DNA from: Phycisphaeraceae bacterium
GTDB taxonomy: Bacteria; Planctomycetota; Phycisphaerae; Phycisphaerales; Phycisphaeraceae
DNA length: 64,000 nt
Reading direction: 5' to 3'
Assembly: GCA_963674705.1 (NCBI GenBank)
Contig: OY771506.1
Span: forward strand, 4,992,001-5,056,000
Shown: in pieces, positions 19,385 to 29,923 of the stretch
How the letters are laid out: each line of letters begins with the position of its first letter
Numbering within the stretch: the first letter of the stretch is position 1
Notes under the pieces: model-generated
What the model was told of the DNA's origin: nothing
Databases searched by the model: none
Seen by the model: the letters and a program-made list of their open reading frames with translations, nothing else
Position numbers and translations under genes: made by a program

Positions 19385-21868
19385 ATGTATTACGACCAGG
19401 ATCGATCTGATGACAGCGGCGGTGTGCGACGTTTTCTAACCCATCACGCGGCCGCCTTCGCCTGCATGTCGTGCTTCATTTTTAGCTCAACCACACAAGC
19501 CGTTGACTTCAGCAACGTCCCCGGCACGGTCATTTCCTATCAAGAAGCACCCGACCTGCTGGACCGTATCCTCGATAACGAAGTCTATCCCGCTTCCCCC
19601 TCCATCACCGTCATGCCTGACGGTTCATACATCGCCAGCCACGACCTGTTCTACGAAACCGGTGACTCGCGAAACCACTACACCTGGATTTATCGATCCG
19701 CCGATCAGGGACAAACCTGGACTAAACAAACCGAGATCGACGGCGCTTTCTGGTCCACCGTTTTTCAAATCAACGGCGAACTCTATCTCTGGGGATACCG
19801 CGACGGCACCAGCGACCCGACCGGCGACATCCTTATCCGCAAATCCACCGATTACGGCCTGAGCTGGACCGACCCCATCGATGCCGCTTCGGGCCTGCTC
19901 AAAGACGGAGACTACGGCGGCACACCAAACACACCCGTTATCTATAACGGACGTATCTGGATCGCGCAAAGCGGTAAACGCGTCATGTCCGCCTCCGTTA
20001 ACGCCGACCTGTTGCTGGCAAGTTCATGGACACTTTCCGGCTCGGCTAACACCGGCAACAGCCCGCTGGGTGACGACCTGGTTATCACCGAATCGCAGAT
20101 CGTCGCTTCTCCGCTGACCGGCGTCGTCCTGCTGCCAAAGATCGGTGAGCATCCCAACACCGTATTATTAAAAGTCAACTCTCCGACATCTATCCAATCC
20201 CCCGGCGAGGATGACTGGGTCAGCCTGCCCGGCGGAGAAAAAAAGTTCGCCACACAATACGACGAGGTCTCAGGTAAGTTCTACATCCTCGATAACGTCG
20301 TCCTGCCCGAACATGCGGGCGTCACCACCGCCGCCCTGACACGCACAACCGGCGCACTGCTGTCCTCCACCGACCTCGTCAACTGGGACGTCGAAAAGAT
20401 ATTCCTCTTTACCTCCAACATCGACAACGGCATATGGGGCGAAGCCTTCCAGTACTTCCAGTTCGCGGTCGATGATGTCGACCAGGACGGCGTTGCCGAC
20501 GACCTCGCCGTGGTCTCCCGCACCGCTTTTGCCGTCAGCGGTGAGACAAAACCGCCGCGCGGCCACGACTCCAACATGATCACCTTCCACACAATCGAAG
20601 ACTTCCGAACCACGCAGGCGGACTTCTACCTCAGCATCAGCGACGGCACGGTCAAACGCTACGAATACACGCAGAACGAAGATGCACCACTCGGTGAGTT
20701 TGCCATAGGCAGCAGCTTCGACGGCTCGGACCTGACCAATCCCAACGCGCTGGCCGCAGACAACAACATGGGCAACGTGTACATACGTGAAACCAGCGGC
20801 CGCATCCTTAAGTTCGATCTGGCGGGCAACTTCCTGGAAACAGTCTCCGCCTTGCCTTCGCACTTAAGCTGGGCCATCAGCACGGACATCGACGCACCGG
20901 GCCGTGAAAACCGTGCATGGACCAACGAATCGACGCGCGGCAATTGGTCCGATCCGCTGAGCTGGTTCTACTGGGGTCGAGCCGACACCTTCAAGGAGAT
21001 CGCCCGCTTCGGCTCCGCCAACGCCACCACCGCCTACGCCGACATCAACGCCGGTGAAACCTTCACCGCCAAAGGCCTGCACTTTGACAGCCCCAACCGC
21101 TACATCATCGACGGCGACGGCAACCTCATCCTCAATGCCGGCTCAAGCAACGCGTCCATCACCATCCTGCAAGGCAGTCACTGGCTGCGTGTCAACACCA
21201 CACTTGCATCAGATGTCGATCTGTACGTCGCCGACGGCCAACGCTTCGAATTCCGCGATGACCTCGACCTCAACGGCAACACGCTCTACATCACTGGCCA
21301 GGGCACGGTCGACTTCGACCAGGCTCTGACCATGGACGGCGGCGACATCTGCCTTGATGGTCTTGCCACCCTTATCTTCTCCTCACCCACCACGGGCCAA
21401 CTCACGCTCAATGGTAATCTCATCTTCGATCCGGACGACAGCTTCGAACTGATCGCCGGCGCAACTTTCAACCTTGTCGAGGGCGTCGCCTACCTCAATG
21501 GTGAAACCTTCAATCACCTGATCCTGCCCTCGCTCGACATGAACCTCGCGTGGGACACCTCGACGTTCTACACCGACGGCATCATCACAATCGTCGCCAT
21601 TCTACGGGGCGATCTCAACGACGATGGCTTCGTCGGCCTCGACGACCTCGACATCGTCCTGTCTAACTGGAACCAATACTGCACCCCGGGCGACCTGGCG
21701 AAAGGCGACCTCTCAGGCAACGGCTACATAAGCCTGGCCGATCTGGATATCGTGCTCAATAACTGGAACAACAGCTTACCCCCCACCCAAAGCAGCAACA
21801 TCCCGGAGCCCGGCACACTACTCGGCCTCCTGAGTTTGGGCGCAACGACATTGATACGTCGACCTTAA
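19385..21868 (+). CDS. sialidase-like (Asp-box) PEP-CTERM protein with dockerin-like module
   Basis: SADQGQTW, STDYGLSW and STDLVNW Asp boxes; GDLNDDGFVGLDDLD; IPEPG tail; start uncertain. Confidence 0.85.
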   Translation: MYYDQDRSDDSGGVRRFLTHHAAAFACMSCFIFSSTTQAVDFSNVPGTVISYQEAPDLLDRILDNEVYPASPSITVMPDGSYIASHDLFYETGDSRNHYTWIYRSADQGQTWTKQTEIDGAFWSTVFQINGELYLWGYRDGTSDPTGDILIRKSTDYGLSWTDPIDAASGLLKDGDYGGTPNTPVIYNGRIWIAQSGKRVMSASVNADLLLASSWTLSGSANTGNSPLGDDLVITESQIVASPLTGVVLLPKIGEHPNTVLLKVNSPTSIQSPGEDDWVSLPGGEKKFATQYDEVSGKFYILDNVVLPEHAGVTTAALTRTTGALLSSTDLVNWDVEKIFLFTSNIDNGIWGEAFQYFQFAVDDVDQDGVADDLAVVSRTAFAVSGETKPPRGHDSNMITFHTIEDFRTTQADFYLSISDGTVKRYEYTQNEDAPLGEFAIGSSFDGSDLTNPNALAADNNMGNVYIRETSGRILKFDLAGNFLETVSALPSHLSWAISTDIDAPGRENRAWTNESTRGNWSDPLSWFYWGRADTFKEIARFGSANATTAYADINAGETFTAKGLHFDSPNRYIIDGDGNLILNAGSSNASITILQGSHWLRVNTTLASDVDLYVADGQRFEFRDDLDLNGNTLYITGQGTVDFDQALTMDGGDICLDGLATLIFSSPTTGQLTLNGNLIFDPDDSFELIAGATFNLVEGVAYLNGETFNHLILPSLDMNLAWDTSTFYTDGIITIVAILRGDLNDDGFVGLDDLDIVLSNWNQYCTPGDLAKGDLSGNGYISLADLDIVLNNWNNSLPPTQSSNIPEPGTLLGLLSLGATTLIRRP

Positions 21869-22205
21869 AGCTGTCATAGCCGCCGAACAGGCAGGTCAGA
21901 CACACTTCACAGAAGCCAAAACTTTGGCCCTGCAAACATCGATGCAAGCACCTGATCCATAACCAGTTTGTTTACTAACTTCGCGTCAGCAGCGTCTGCG
22001 CCCCATGACGCAGGTCGCGGTCAACACGTCCTGCGACGCCGGCGGGTCCGACACGGCCGAAGATCGAAACGGGATAGATTCGATGGTAGCTTCATACCTG
22101 GTGGCGTACTCCTCTGTGTTAGGGGACTGGGCGTGTTTGATACACCCAAAGTACGCCGCCTTTTTCATTGCGTCATCCACAACATTCGGTTATAGCTCTG
22201 CGTAG

Positions 22206-22340
22206 CTAGGCTTGAGCCAAAGCACGTTGTACTACAAGTCGGTCGGCGAGGACGTGTTCAACGAGCGTCTGATGTGTCTGGTCGACGCGCAGTACCTGCG
22301 GACACCGTTCTATGGCGTCGAGCAGATGCGGCATTACCTT
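22206..22340 (+). pseudogene. IS3-family transposase OrfB fragment
   Basis: LGLSQSTLYY...LMCLVDAQYLRTPFYGVEQM resembles the IS3 OrfB N-terminus; no DDE part. Confidence 0.7.
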
Positions 22341-22354
22341 GTTGCATGTGTCAT

Positions 22355-22951
22355 CTATGACAAATGTTTTCTTCGGATAGCCATGACTCCGACCAGCGCA
22401 GGGCCCAGAAGTAATGCCGAACCAGGTTCGGGGACAACGCTGATGGAATCGACATGCAGATTATATCGGACAAAGGCATAGGGCTGGCCTGCATACCGTC
22501 CATTTGGGTAAAGAAGACCGCCGTTGCCATAAAAGTATTGCCCTACATAAAAATATTGCCCGGCAGGTAAAGCTTCACCACTGGTCCACCAGTCATTGTA
22601 TTGATAGGCATAGGAGCCTGAACGAACGCTGGTCTGGTTATTGTAGGTGTCCCGTCGTCCATAAAAAACGGTCTCCGTACCGCCAGGGAGCACCCAAAGG
22701 CCACCAATTTGCTCGGCATAGAAGTAGTCGTAATACTGCGTGTCCTGCTTGATGTTGCCATTCTCGATGCCGTCGGCATCAAAGTCGAAAAGGTAGGTGA
22801 AGGACACAGGATCACCTACCGCGATGGGGGGCGTATAATTACCATCGATTCTTGTCACTTCTCCGGAAAATACAACTTGAATCGGGGCGGCCTGAACGGC
22901 CTGAGCAAACCAGAAAACTACCGAAATACCCAGTAAAAACAATCTTCTCAT
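22355..22951 (-). CDS. PEP-CTERM sorting domain protein
   Basis: signal peptide ending AVQA; VPEPGSALLLG...RRKH tail; GAGG RBS; Tyr-rich. Confidence 0.88.
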   Translation of the reverse strand: MRRLFLLGISVVFWFAQAVQAAPIQVVFSGEVTRIDGNYTPPIAVGDPVSFTYLFDFDADGIENGNIKQDTQYYDYFYAEQIGGLWVLPGGTETVFYGRRDTYNNQTSVRSGSYAYQYNDWWTSGEALPAGQYFYVGQYFYGNGGLLYPNGRYAGQPYAFVRYNLHVDSISVVPEPGSALLLGPALVGVMAIRRKHLS

Positions 22952-23049
22952 GATCTTCCTCCTCTCGACTTTTTGCTAAAGGCAGAGTCCGCCAGTTTGA
23001 TAGCAGTGTAACGCCCCTCTCCATGATTTCAAGACAATTAAGCCTTTAT

Positions 23050-24430
23050 ACGATATTTCCCATTTGACCTTTACCCGACTACGCCGCCGGGCTCCTTGGC
23101 ACCGGTGTAACACCTCCTCCCAAAATTCCGAGACCATTTACCCCGATTTTCACCGCATCGGCCCCTGAATCTGCCCCTGAACCACCGTTCTGACTGCCCG
23201 GGTAGCCATGAATGACGAGGTTCACCCGGACTGACATTGATGCTCCCTCGTCGTTCGCAGGTCTGTCTCTCCTTCCGACCGGTCATTTCGGCGCTGCCCT
23301 CGGCGCGATCACTGCAAACCGGCGTATCCGCTGGAGAATCGTCCGGCAAAGCAGTCGCGGGATCGCGACCTCAGCCAGTTGGAACGTGACGTACCGGGCG
23401 TGGCGTACCATCTTGCCGCCGATCTTGATCAGCCTGTCACGCAGCGTGGTCAGCGTCCAGTGCTTCACGCTTGCTGGCAGCGCGATCCTGCGAAGGAAGT
23501 TACCCAGGTTGTACGCAAGCACGTGCAGTTGAAGGCGCACCTGGTTGGCGTCGAAGCCGCAACATGACAGACGGGTCCAGTTCACGGCGTACTTGCCCTC
23601 CTTGATCCACTGCTCGGTTGTGCCGCGCTGGTTGTTGAAGTTCACCACGTTCAACGCGCTGATGTCGAGGTTGGTCACGATGAAGCCGACACGCGGAAAC
23701 AGTTCACCCAGGTGCCATTCGATCTTTGCAACTACCCGGCGGGGAGTGTCCCAACTCTGTGCCTGATATTCAAAGCTGAGATAGAACCGCTGAGGTTCGC
23801 TTGGCGGTCGGCCTACCGGGCGTGTCAGCAGGTGCTTGATCTGTCGCTACCGAGCTGTCCATGTCGAGGATGAGTTTGTGGGGTGGGCGGCGCTGCTGGA
23901 CCAGGTCCACCCACACGCCCGGCATGCTCATCAGCGCCGCGAGGTTCTTCGGATACGTCAGCACGTCGGTCTCGAAGCGGCTTACCTGGCTGGTGGAAGC
24001 CGCTTGTCGATCCGTCGCCCGTCCGCCGACCACGTGGCGCATGACCGGATCAACACTCAACCGCTGGGAGTCGTTGACATCCTCGTACCCTGCAAGCCGG
24101 CTGTAGATCGACTGACGCAGCAGCGCCGTCATGCTGTGTTGGATGTCGGTTCCCGTGCGGAAGTCGAACAGATGCGAGGCTCCCGACTCAGTCAAACCCA
24201 CCGCTTCATCAAGGTCGCGATACGGGAACAAACCCGCGTCCGAACTGACCTTCACCCGTGGAACCGAAGCTTGATGGTGCGGTCAAAACCGACCCGTAAC
24301 GCGTCCGTGGGTGCTTCACCCATGGGGTTGTGCCCTTATTCGAGGGTGGGAGGTCCGAAACGACCGCATTTTACCGGGTCAACAGGCAGGCCGCTATAAA
24401 GAAACGCGGGGGCTATCGGGGAAATCCGCG
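23050..24430 (-). mobile_element. degenerate IS1380-family insertion sequence
   Basis: transposase 24323-23283 (SSDAGL, AGYEDVND, LDMDSS, NQRGTTEQWIKEGK, LAYNL); frameshift near 24256; internal deletion near 23848; imperfect terminal inverted repeats, ends approximate. Confidence 0.88.
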
Positions 24431-24574
24431 CATAACCGGGGATAACGAAAACCTCCGATACGGGATCAATTGGTCTTGTAATTCCCGCCGCTCGTTTTAA
24501 ACTGAATTAAGCACTTCTGCGTCAGCATTACAGGGAGTTTGACTTCAAATAACAATGGAGGAAGGAGAAACGCA

Positions 24575-25354
24575 ATGAACAAGTGCCTGCTTGTCTCGTT
24601 GACCATGCTCGGAACGTTGTACCTAGGTAGTACTACGGCGGCGAAAGGCGACACACAGTACTACTTCTTTGATTCGTTCTTCGATGTCTTCACCGAACTG
24701 TCCGTCTCACCGGATAGTGACCCCATGGGCGTCCGCGTCAGCGGCCAAACGGTCGACACCGGCCAGTTCGTCCCCATGGCTGACCTCAACATGCAACTTC
24801 GCAATCCTTCATTCACACCCGCCCTGGACAACCTGACGCTGCAAGCCCAGCAAGTCTCCGGCGATGTCTTTGAAGTCCGCCTGTCCGAAGCGCCCGACTA
24901 CATCATCGACAGCTTCTTCGACGTCTTCTTCGACATCGAAATCCCAAATGACAATGGCATCGTCCTCGAGCCCAACGGCGGCATACCCCAACTCGTCGAT
25001 AAACCGGTTGTGGTTGGTATCCCCGACAGCTTCTTCGATGTGTTCTTCAAACTCGAAGTACCCGACACTTCGCCGGGCCAGAATCTCATCTCATTCAAAC
25101 TGCACCTGTCCGCGATCGCGCCCGATGTCATCCTCAACGACGTCTGGGTCGATGACAACTACGGCACAGGCATCGATAGCTTTTTCGATGTGTTCTTCGA
25201 TATCCAGATCCCCGCCGATTCGCCCGGCTTCGATCCCAGCCAACCAATCCTCATCATGGAAATGACCGGCATATTCACCCCCGAGCCCGCATCAATCGCC
25301 CTGCTGGCCGGCCTGAGCCTCACACTATTACGCCGCCAAACCCGGCATAACTGA
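24575..25354 (+). CDS. PEP-CTERM protein with four DSFFDVF repeats
   Basis: signal peptide; TPEPASIALLAGL...RR tail; AGGAG RBS. Confidence 0.88.
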   Translation: MNKCLLVSLTMLGTLYLGSTTAAKGDTQYYFFDSFFDVFTELSVSPDSDPMGVRVSGQTVDTGQFVPMADLNMQLRNPSFTPALDNLTLQAQQVSGDVFEVRLSEAPDYIIDSFFDVFFDIEIPNDNGIVLEPNGGIPQLVDKPVVVGIPDSFFDVFFKLEVPDTSPGQNLISFKLHLSAIAPDVILNDVWVDDNYGTGIDSFFDVFFDIQIPADSPGFDPSQPILIMEMTGIFTPEPASIALLAGLSLTLLRRQTRHN

Positions 25355-25382
25355 AACCCGTTTCTGATCCCCCACCAACCAT

Positions 25383-25410
25383 AAAGCCTGGTCCCATGAC
25401 CGGGCTTTTT
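25383..25410. terminator. terminator between convergent PEP-CTERM genes
   Basis: AAAGCCTGGTC-ccat-GACCGGGCTTTT. Confidence 0.7.
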
Positions 25411-25441
25411 CAATTGCAATCAATAACAATACCACCGAAAG

Positions 25442-26278
25442 TCAAACCCGACGACGAATAAACACGCCGGCTCCAACAAGCACTACGCCCACGCTCGCAG
25501 GTTCAGGCAACACCACCGCCGGCGGCGTCCCCGCATTCCAGTTATTCAATACCACATCAAGATCATCAAGCCCCACATAACCATCCGGCTCGCCACCCGC
25601 CCCCGAAACATCCGCCCGCGCATCGCCCGGCGGAACGTTCTGATTCCACGCATTCAACACGATGTCCAGATCATCCAACCCGACAAAACCATCGCCATTC
25701 AAATCACCATCAAGCGGCACTTGTCCATCCGAAATCACCATCAACGGCAGATAACGGCTTGCCCCATAAGCAGGCAGTTGCGATACATCGCCGCGTATCT
25801 GATCGGCCCCGAACAAGACATCGTTCGCATTGTAAAAAACATCATCACTGCCGGGGATCCATTCGCCCTCATCCATCACACCGATCCCATCACCCAACAC
25901 ATCCTGCACGATAAACACATCGTCCGCCTTCAGGTCTTCATCAAGGTTCATCTCGTATGCATACAGCCCCCACATAAAACCTTCATAGCCGCCATACACA
26001 TTCAAAAAGTTCTGCGCATAGCCAATGATGTGCGTTTCACCCTCCCGGTAATCCACGAATCCGATGTGCCAACTGCTCCCATCAAGCCCGACAGATTCGA
26101 TAGCTCCCCCATGATTGATCATCAGCCTTTGGTCGTACCGCGACTTAACCGTCTTCACCCCCGCCGGCTCCCCCCACATGTCCCTGAAACTGTAAACCGG
26201 TATCGGCTCCGCATAAGCACTTGAAACGAATAACCCCCCACCCACGACCACGCACCCGGCAATCGTCCTGGCTGTCAT
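25442..26278 (-). CDS. PEP-CTERM protein with dockerin-like module
   Basis: signal peptide; GDLNGDGFVGLDDLD motif twice; LPEPAS...RRR. Confidence 0.88.
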   Translation of the reverse strand: MTARTIAGCVVVGGGLFVSSAYAEPIPVYSFRDMWGEPAGVKTVKSRYDQRLMINHGGAIESVGLDGSSWHIGFVDYREGETHIIGYAQNFLNVYGGYEGFMWGLYAYEMNLDEDLKADDVFIVQDVLGDGIGVMDEGEWIPGSDDVFYNANDVLFGADQIRGDVSQLPAYGASRYLPLMVISDGQVPLDGDLNGDGFVGLDDLDIVLNAWNQNVPPGDARADVSGAGGEPDGYVGLDDLDVVLNNWNAGTPPAVVLPEPASVGVVLVGAGVFIRRRV

Positions 26279-26408
26279 CTTTTTTGCCCTTTATTGAAGA
26301 AAGGTCCGCCGCAAAAGACTTACAAGAATTAATATAACTTCCGCGCAGGCTTCCGCAAGGGTTATTTCACCCAAACACCCTGCAGACGCCAAGCTTGGTC
26401 ATCGTGAT

Positions 26409-26520
26409 ACAACAGCGCCCCCCTCCCCACGGGTGAGGGCCGGATTGATCACGTATCCGATACAAACCCCTATCGAAATCAACACAATAATAATCCCGAC
26501 CAGGATGGTCGGGCTATATA
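26409..26520 (+). repeat. island direct repeat A (partial)
   Basis: ACAACAGCGC..CCCTCCCC..GGGTGAGGGCCGGATTGAT..CCCGACCAGGATGGTCGGGCTATAT, shared with copies B and C. Confidence 0.8.
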
Positions 26521-26763
26521 GCCAAACCATCACAATGTACATTGACATACAAGCCAATGTGTGACACCCAACCCGACAGAAAAATATAAATTACCCCCAG
26601 CATCCCGCTTTATGACATGAATCTGATTATCATCAACTTTGAACGAATAGCGCCCCCGAAATACCCAACCTTCCTTTTGATTCTATTCAGTACTTACCTT
26701 TAAACTTCTTTTCGGTGTTTCTCCCCTCGCGAAGCTGTTCCCTCACTTTTTTTGTTTTAACAA

Positions 26764-27474
26764 TCACTTGTTCTCTGTGTCCTCGCCCCACCAGAACTTT
26801 CCACTGTCCATGAAACTTTTAAACACCCGTTCATCGATCATGTTTAGATCCACAAGCGTCCTGATGCGGGTGAGAATCATAGTCCTGGGAACATCCAGGT
26901 TACGCATGAGAAGCTTTCCGAAACCACCCGATAATCTTGCCTTATAAGTATCCAGCAAGAAGGACACACTTTCGGCTGACATCAGTATCGCTTCGGCAAA
27001 ACGGTCCGCCTGCCATTCCGGGCACTCATTTTCCGGCTCGATTTCCCCCCTGATGTATAAGACGTGTGGATCTTCACATTTGGCCATCTCAACCAACTCT
27101 TGGCCATGGAGAATAGCGTGACCAATCTCGTGAGCAACAGTAAACCTGGCGTGTGCTCGTGATTTGCCTTTTGCCTCCAACCCCAGAATCCATTGCTGCT
27201 GATCGATCGTCAAAGTTTTCCTGGACGTGTCCTTGTCGATATCAAACCGTCCAATGTAACCCCGATTCATGTTGGAAACCGCGTAATCGACGTTGTAACG
27301 CGCCTTAAGAGTGCCGAATTCGATATAGTCCTGGATGGGCACCGGCTTGCCCCGCACATAGCCTTTAATGGTCTGTAACTCTTGTCGTGCAATATCCTCA
27401 ATCTGCCTTATCGTACGGCATTCGACTCGAGGGATATTGGCCTTTGCTTGCTCGTCGTCGTCGTCTTCTTTCAT
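26764..27474 (-). CDS. ImmA/IrrE family metallo-endopeptidase
   Basis: RFTVAHEIGH (HExxH) and EWQADRFA motifs. Confidence 0.9.
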   Translation of the reverse strand: MKEDDDDEQAKANIPRVECRTIRQIEDIARQELQTIKGYVRGKPVPIQDYIEFGTLKARYNVDYAVSNMNRGYIGRFDIDKDTSRKTLTIDQQQWILGLEAKGKSRAHARFTVAHEIGHAILHGQELVEMAKCEDPHVLYIRGEIEPENECPEWQADRFAEAILMSAESVSFLLDTYKARLSGGFGKLLMRNLDVPRTMILTRIRTLVDLNMIDERVFKSFMDSGKFWWGEDTENK

Positions 27475-27697
27475 TTCATGTATCCTAACTCCCCCGGGAT
27501 TAGATTGTGATAAACGCGGCTCCGATTTTCACGTAATCACAATCCAGTCTAACACTATCGCTGAGCGCCTAGTATTAGCAGTAAAATAGAATTTAAAAGT
27601 CCTCCTTTTTTGATCAATTAAACTATTATCAATTCAACTTCTAAATCTACATCTGAACACTGCTGCACTACGCTCAATCACTCGGATACCGGACCGA

Positions 27698-28207
27698 CTA
27701 CCTGTGGAGTTTTTTCAAAACATTCGATTCTATTTCTGTAATTATTTCTTCATTTAATTTGCCTCCTTGTTCTTCAATTTTCATATTGAGCTTGATTAAA
27801 AATTCCTGCGTCCTCTGGTCATCCGCCTCAACACGTACAAATCCTTGTCGCGCAGCGGCAAGCTCCTCCAGAACTAAAAGCGTTTTCTCATCGCCATCAC
27901 AAAACGCAACGAATTTGGCCAGGTGTTCAAATTTGTACGGGTTGCGGCGCCCTAACTCGATATCGCTTTGATGTGTCACGGAGATACCCAAAAACCTCGC
28001 CACATCTGTCAGACGTTTCCTATGAGACTCACGAATCTGCCTGATCCTCATGCCGTAGTTGTTTTCTGGTGTTGAGTTACGCTCCAACTCCCGCTTCTTA
28101 CCGCGGTACTCAAGTCGCCGCTGAACGGATTCGAGCGTTGGCACCGCCGGTTGTTGTGCTTGGTCTATCACGGAGCTCTCCTTGGTTACAGGTTTGATTT
28201 TCCGCAT
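27698..28207 (-). CDS. XRE-family HTH transcriptional regulator
   Basis: GMRIRQIR...LTDVARFLGISVTHQSDIELGRRNP; the true start may be further downstream. Confidence 0.85.
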   Translation of the reverse strand: MRKIKPVTKESSVIDQAQQPAVPTLESVQRRLEYRGKKRELERNSTPENNYGMRIRQIRESHRKRLTDVARFLGISVTHQSDIELGRRNPYKFEHLAKFVAFCDGDEKTLLVLEELAAARQGFVRVEADDQRTQEFLIKLNMKIEEQGGKLNEEIITEIESNVLKKLHR

Positions 28208-28210
28208 ATT

Positions 28211-28293
28211 AGCGTAATAGCGTAAGTGCTGGATGTCAACAACTATTCCCCGAGCAGAGCAAAAAAAATACCAACCCATCAACTTACGTAAGT
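28211..28293 (-). promoter_or_regulatory. sigma70-type promoter and candidate operator for the XRE gene
   Basis: TTGACA-17 nt-TACGCT (28239-28211); perfect 12-bp palindrome ACTTACGTAAGT at 28282-28293. Confidence 0.5.
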
Positions 28294-28377
28294 CAATAAA
28301 ATTCAGAATATTATATAGATACCCCGCCCCGCCGGCCGGTATTTTGCTTTGATTTAACACTCGAAAGTATTGGGTCC

Positions 28378-28588
28378 CAGCGCTCGGCGCAGGTCTCCCA
28401 ACCCCGCCGTGGTAGACGACCGAAGGTTTCCAAGTTTAAGACCTGCGGTCAAAGATCGGCGATCTTTTCATGACACAACAGCGCTTACCCCCCTCTCCCC
28501 GCAGGAGCCCCGGAAAATGGCAAGGGTAAGGACCGGATTGATTACGCAATCAATAACAAAACACATGGCCCGACCATCCTGATCGGGT
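28378..28588 (+). repeat. island direct repeat B
   Basis: CAGCGCTCGGCGC.GGTCTCCC...GACCGAAGGT.TCC...CTTACCCCCCTCTCCCCGC.GGAGCCCCGGAA...TTGATTACG...CCCGACC hairpin. Confidence 0.88.
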
Positions 28589-28689
28589 AAACCAACTTTT
28601 AAACGCAAATCAAACACCACCACACCGGCGAGACCATCGCCGGCTTTATAACTGACGTCCATCGAACACTGCGCAGAACAAGAATACCA

Positions 28690-28714
28690 GCGCGACCATT
28701 GGTCGCGGCTATAC
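28690..28714. repeat. REP-like palindrome
   Basis: GCGCGACCATTGGTCGCGGCTATAC; near-identical copy at about 40227-40251. Confidence 0.75.
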
Positions 28715-28790
28715 ATAAACACCCAATCGGCATGATCGGTCTGCGCTCGGCCAGCGCCGTGTGCAATATGTCCTAACCACCGCGTCCCGT

Positions 28791-29468
28791 CTACGCGCGA
28801 CGTCGGGCGATCAGTCCGGCACAAACCAGTACCACAAGACCCACGGAACCAGGCTCCGGCACGAGAATCGGCACACCCGCTTCGGTTTCATAGGCCCACG
28901 CAACAGGCGCATAGCCGGGCGTGTTGTCTTGAACTTCGTCCCAAATCAGGTGAATCCACCCGTAGTGCGGCTGGGAATCGATCATCACACGGACGCCGAT
29001 GTAAGCATCCTCGCCAAGCAACGGGTTGAAACCCGACACGGTTTGCCAAAGAAAATGCGCCCGGTCACTCCACGTCTCACCTCCTGCGCCAACCAACTGG
29101 CCGGGATCGAAAACATGGGCGGGCTCAATCTCTTTGGGTTGCAGGAAAGGATCGGGTTCAAAGATGTAAGGCTCATCGGTGGCGATGCGGATGTCGGCTT
29201 CAACGCCGAACGGCAGCGCGACAATCTCTGTAGAAGAGTCAGGGCCGTAATACCACAAACGAATGGCCCGACCTGTCGCTGCTCCCGACTGCGACGGCGG
29301 CAACATCGGATCAAGATAGTTCGGCTCGGGCGGTGGAGCACCGTCCCACGCACGGTTCCAAACAAACTCCCCCGACGCATTGTCAAACACGACCATCACG
29401 CCGCTCGCCGTCGTGCATAACGACAAAACGAAAACACAGGCCACAGACAGAATCGTTGCACGTAGCAT
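28791..29468 (-). CDS. PEP-CTERM protein
   Basis: signal peptide; HYGWI...WAYETEAG motif; VPEPGS...RRR; GAGGAGG RBS. Confidence 0.88.
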   Translation of the reverse strand: MLRATILSVACVFVLSLCTTASGVMVVFDNASGEFVWNRAWDGAPPPEPNYLDPMLPPSQSGAATGRAIRLWYYGPDSSTEIVALPFGVEADIRIATDEPYIFEPDPFLQPKEIEPAHVFDPGQLVGAGGETWSDRAHFLWQTVSGFNPLLGEDAYIGVRVMIDSQPHYGWIHLIWDEVQDNTPGYAPVAWAYETEAGVPILVPEPGSVGLVVLVCAGLIARRRA

Positions 29469-29689
29469 GTTCTTCCTCCTCACCCCGATGTATTACCCTT
29501 GCAGGCAGAACCCGGGAGGACTGAATGCCCAGACTTCTAATATGACCTCTACCCGGCTACATCGCCAGGCCAAACGGTATTATTATATCGTCGCAACCCA
29601 AGCTTACTAGACCATTTGGCCTGATATGCCGCGATTTGGCAATCAAATCAGCGGATTGGTTACGTCTTGATCCAGTCAGATTACCCAAT

Positions 29690-29866
29690 CTGACTGGATG
29701 GACATGCCAGTACATATAGTTCATCAAACAATTTACATCCCGCAGAACACTTCGCGCCAAAGAAATAACAGACAGCATAAGTTGGTGGCGTTCGGGATCA
29801 TTCCCCTTTTTGACTACCTTGCTGATGTATACCTAAAGCCCGGGGATAGCCATCCCCGGGCTTTAG
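29690..29866. repeat. two REP-like hairpins
   Basis: ATCCAGTCAGATT-accc-AATCTGACTGGAT (about 29670-29699) and CTAAAGCCCGGGGAT-agcc-ATCCCCGGGCTTTAG (about 29833-29866). Confidence 0.75.
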
Positions 29867-29923
29867 CAAGTAGCATGAGCAAGCGCCCGTAGCAACTGTC
29901 TTCCCCGAACAGTTCGTTCAGCA

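Noticed and set aside
21986..22180. Possible decayed PEP-CTERM tail on the minus strand (AVSDPPAS...MGRRR)
   Set aside because: The motif is too degenerate and the hydrophobic helix too poor to support a call.
26764..28360. Prophage or ICE immunity region
   Set aside because: No integrase, structural, replication or conjugation genes are adjacent.
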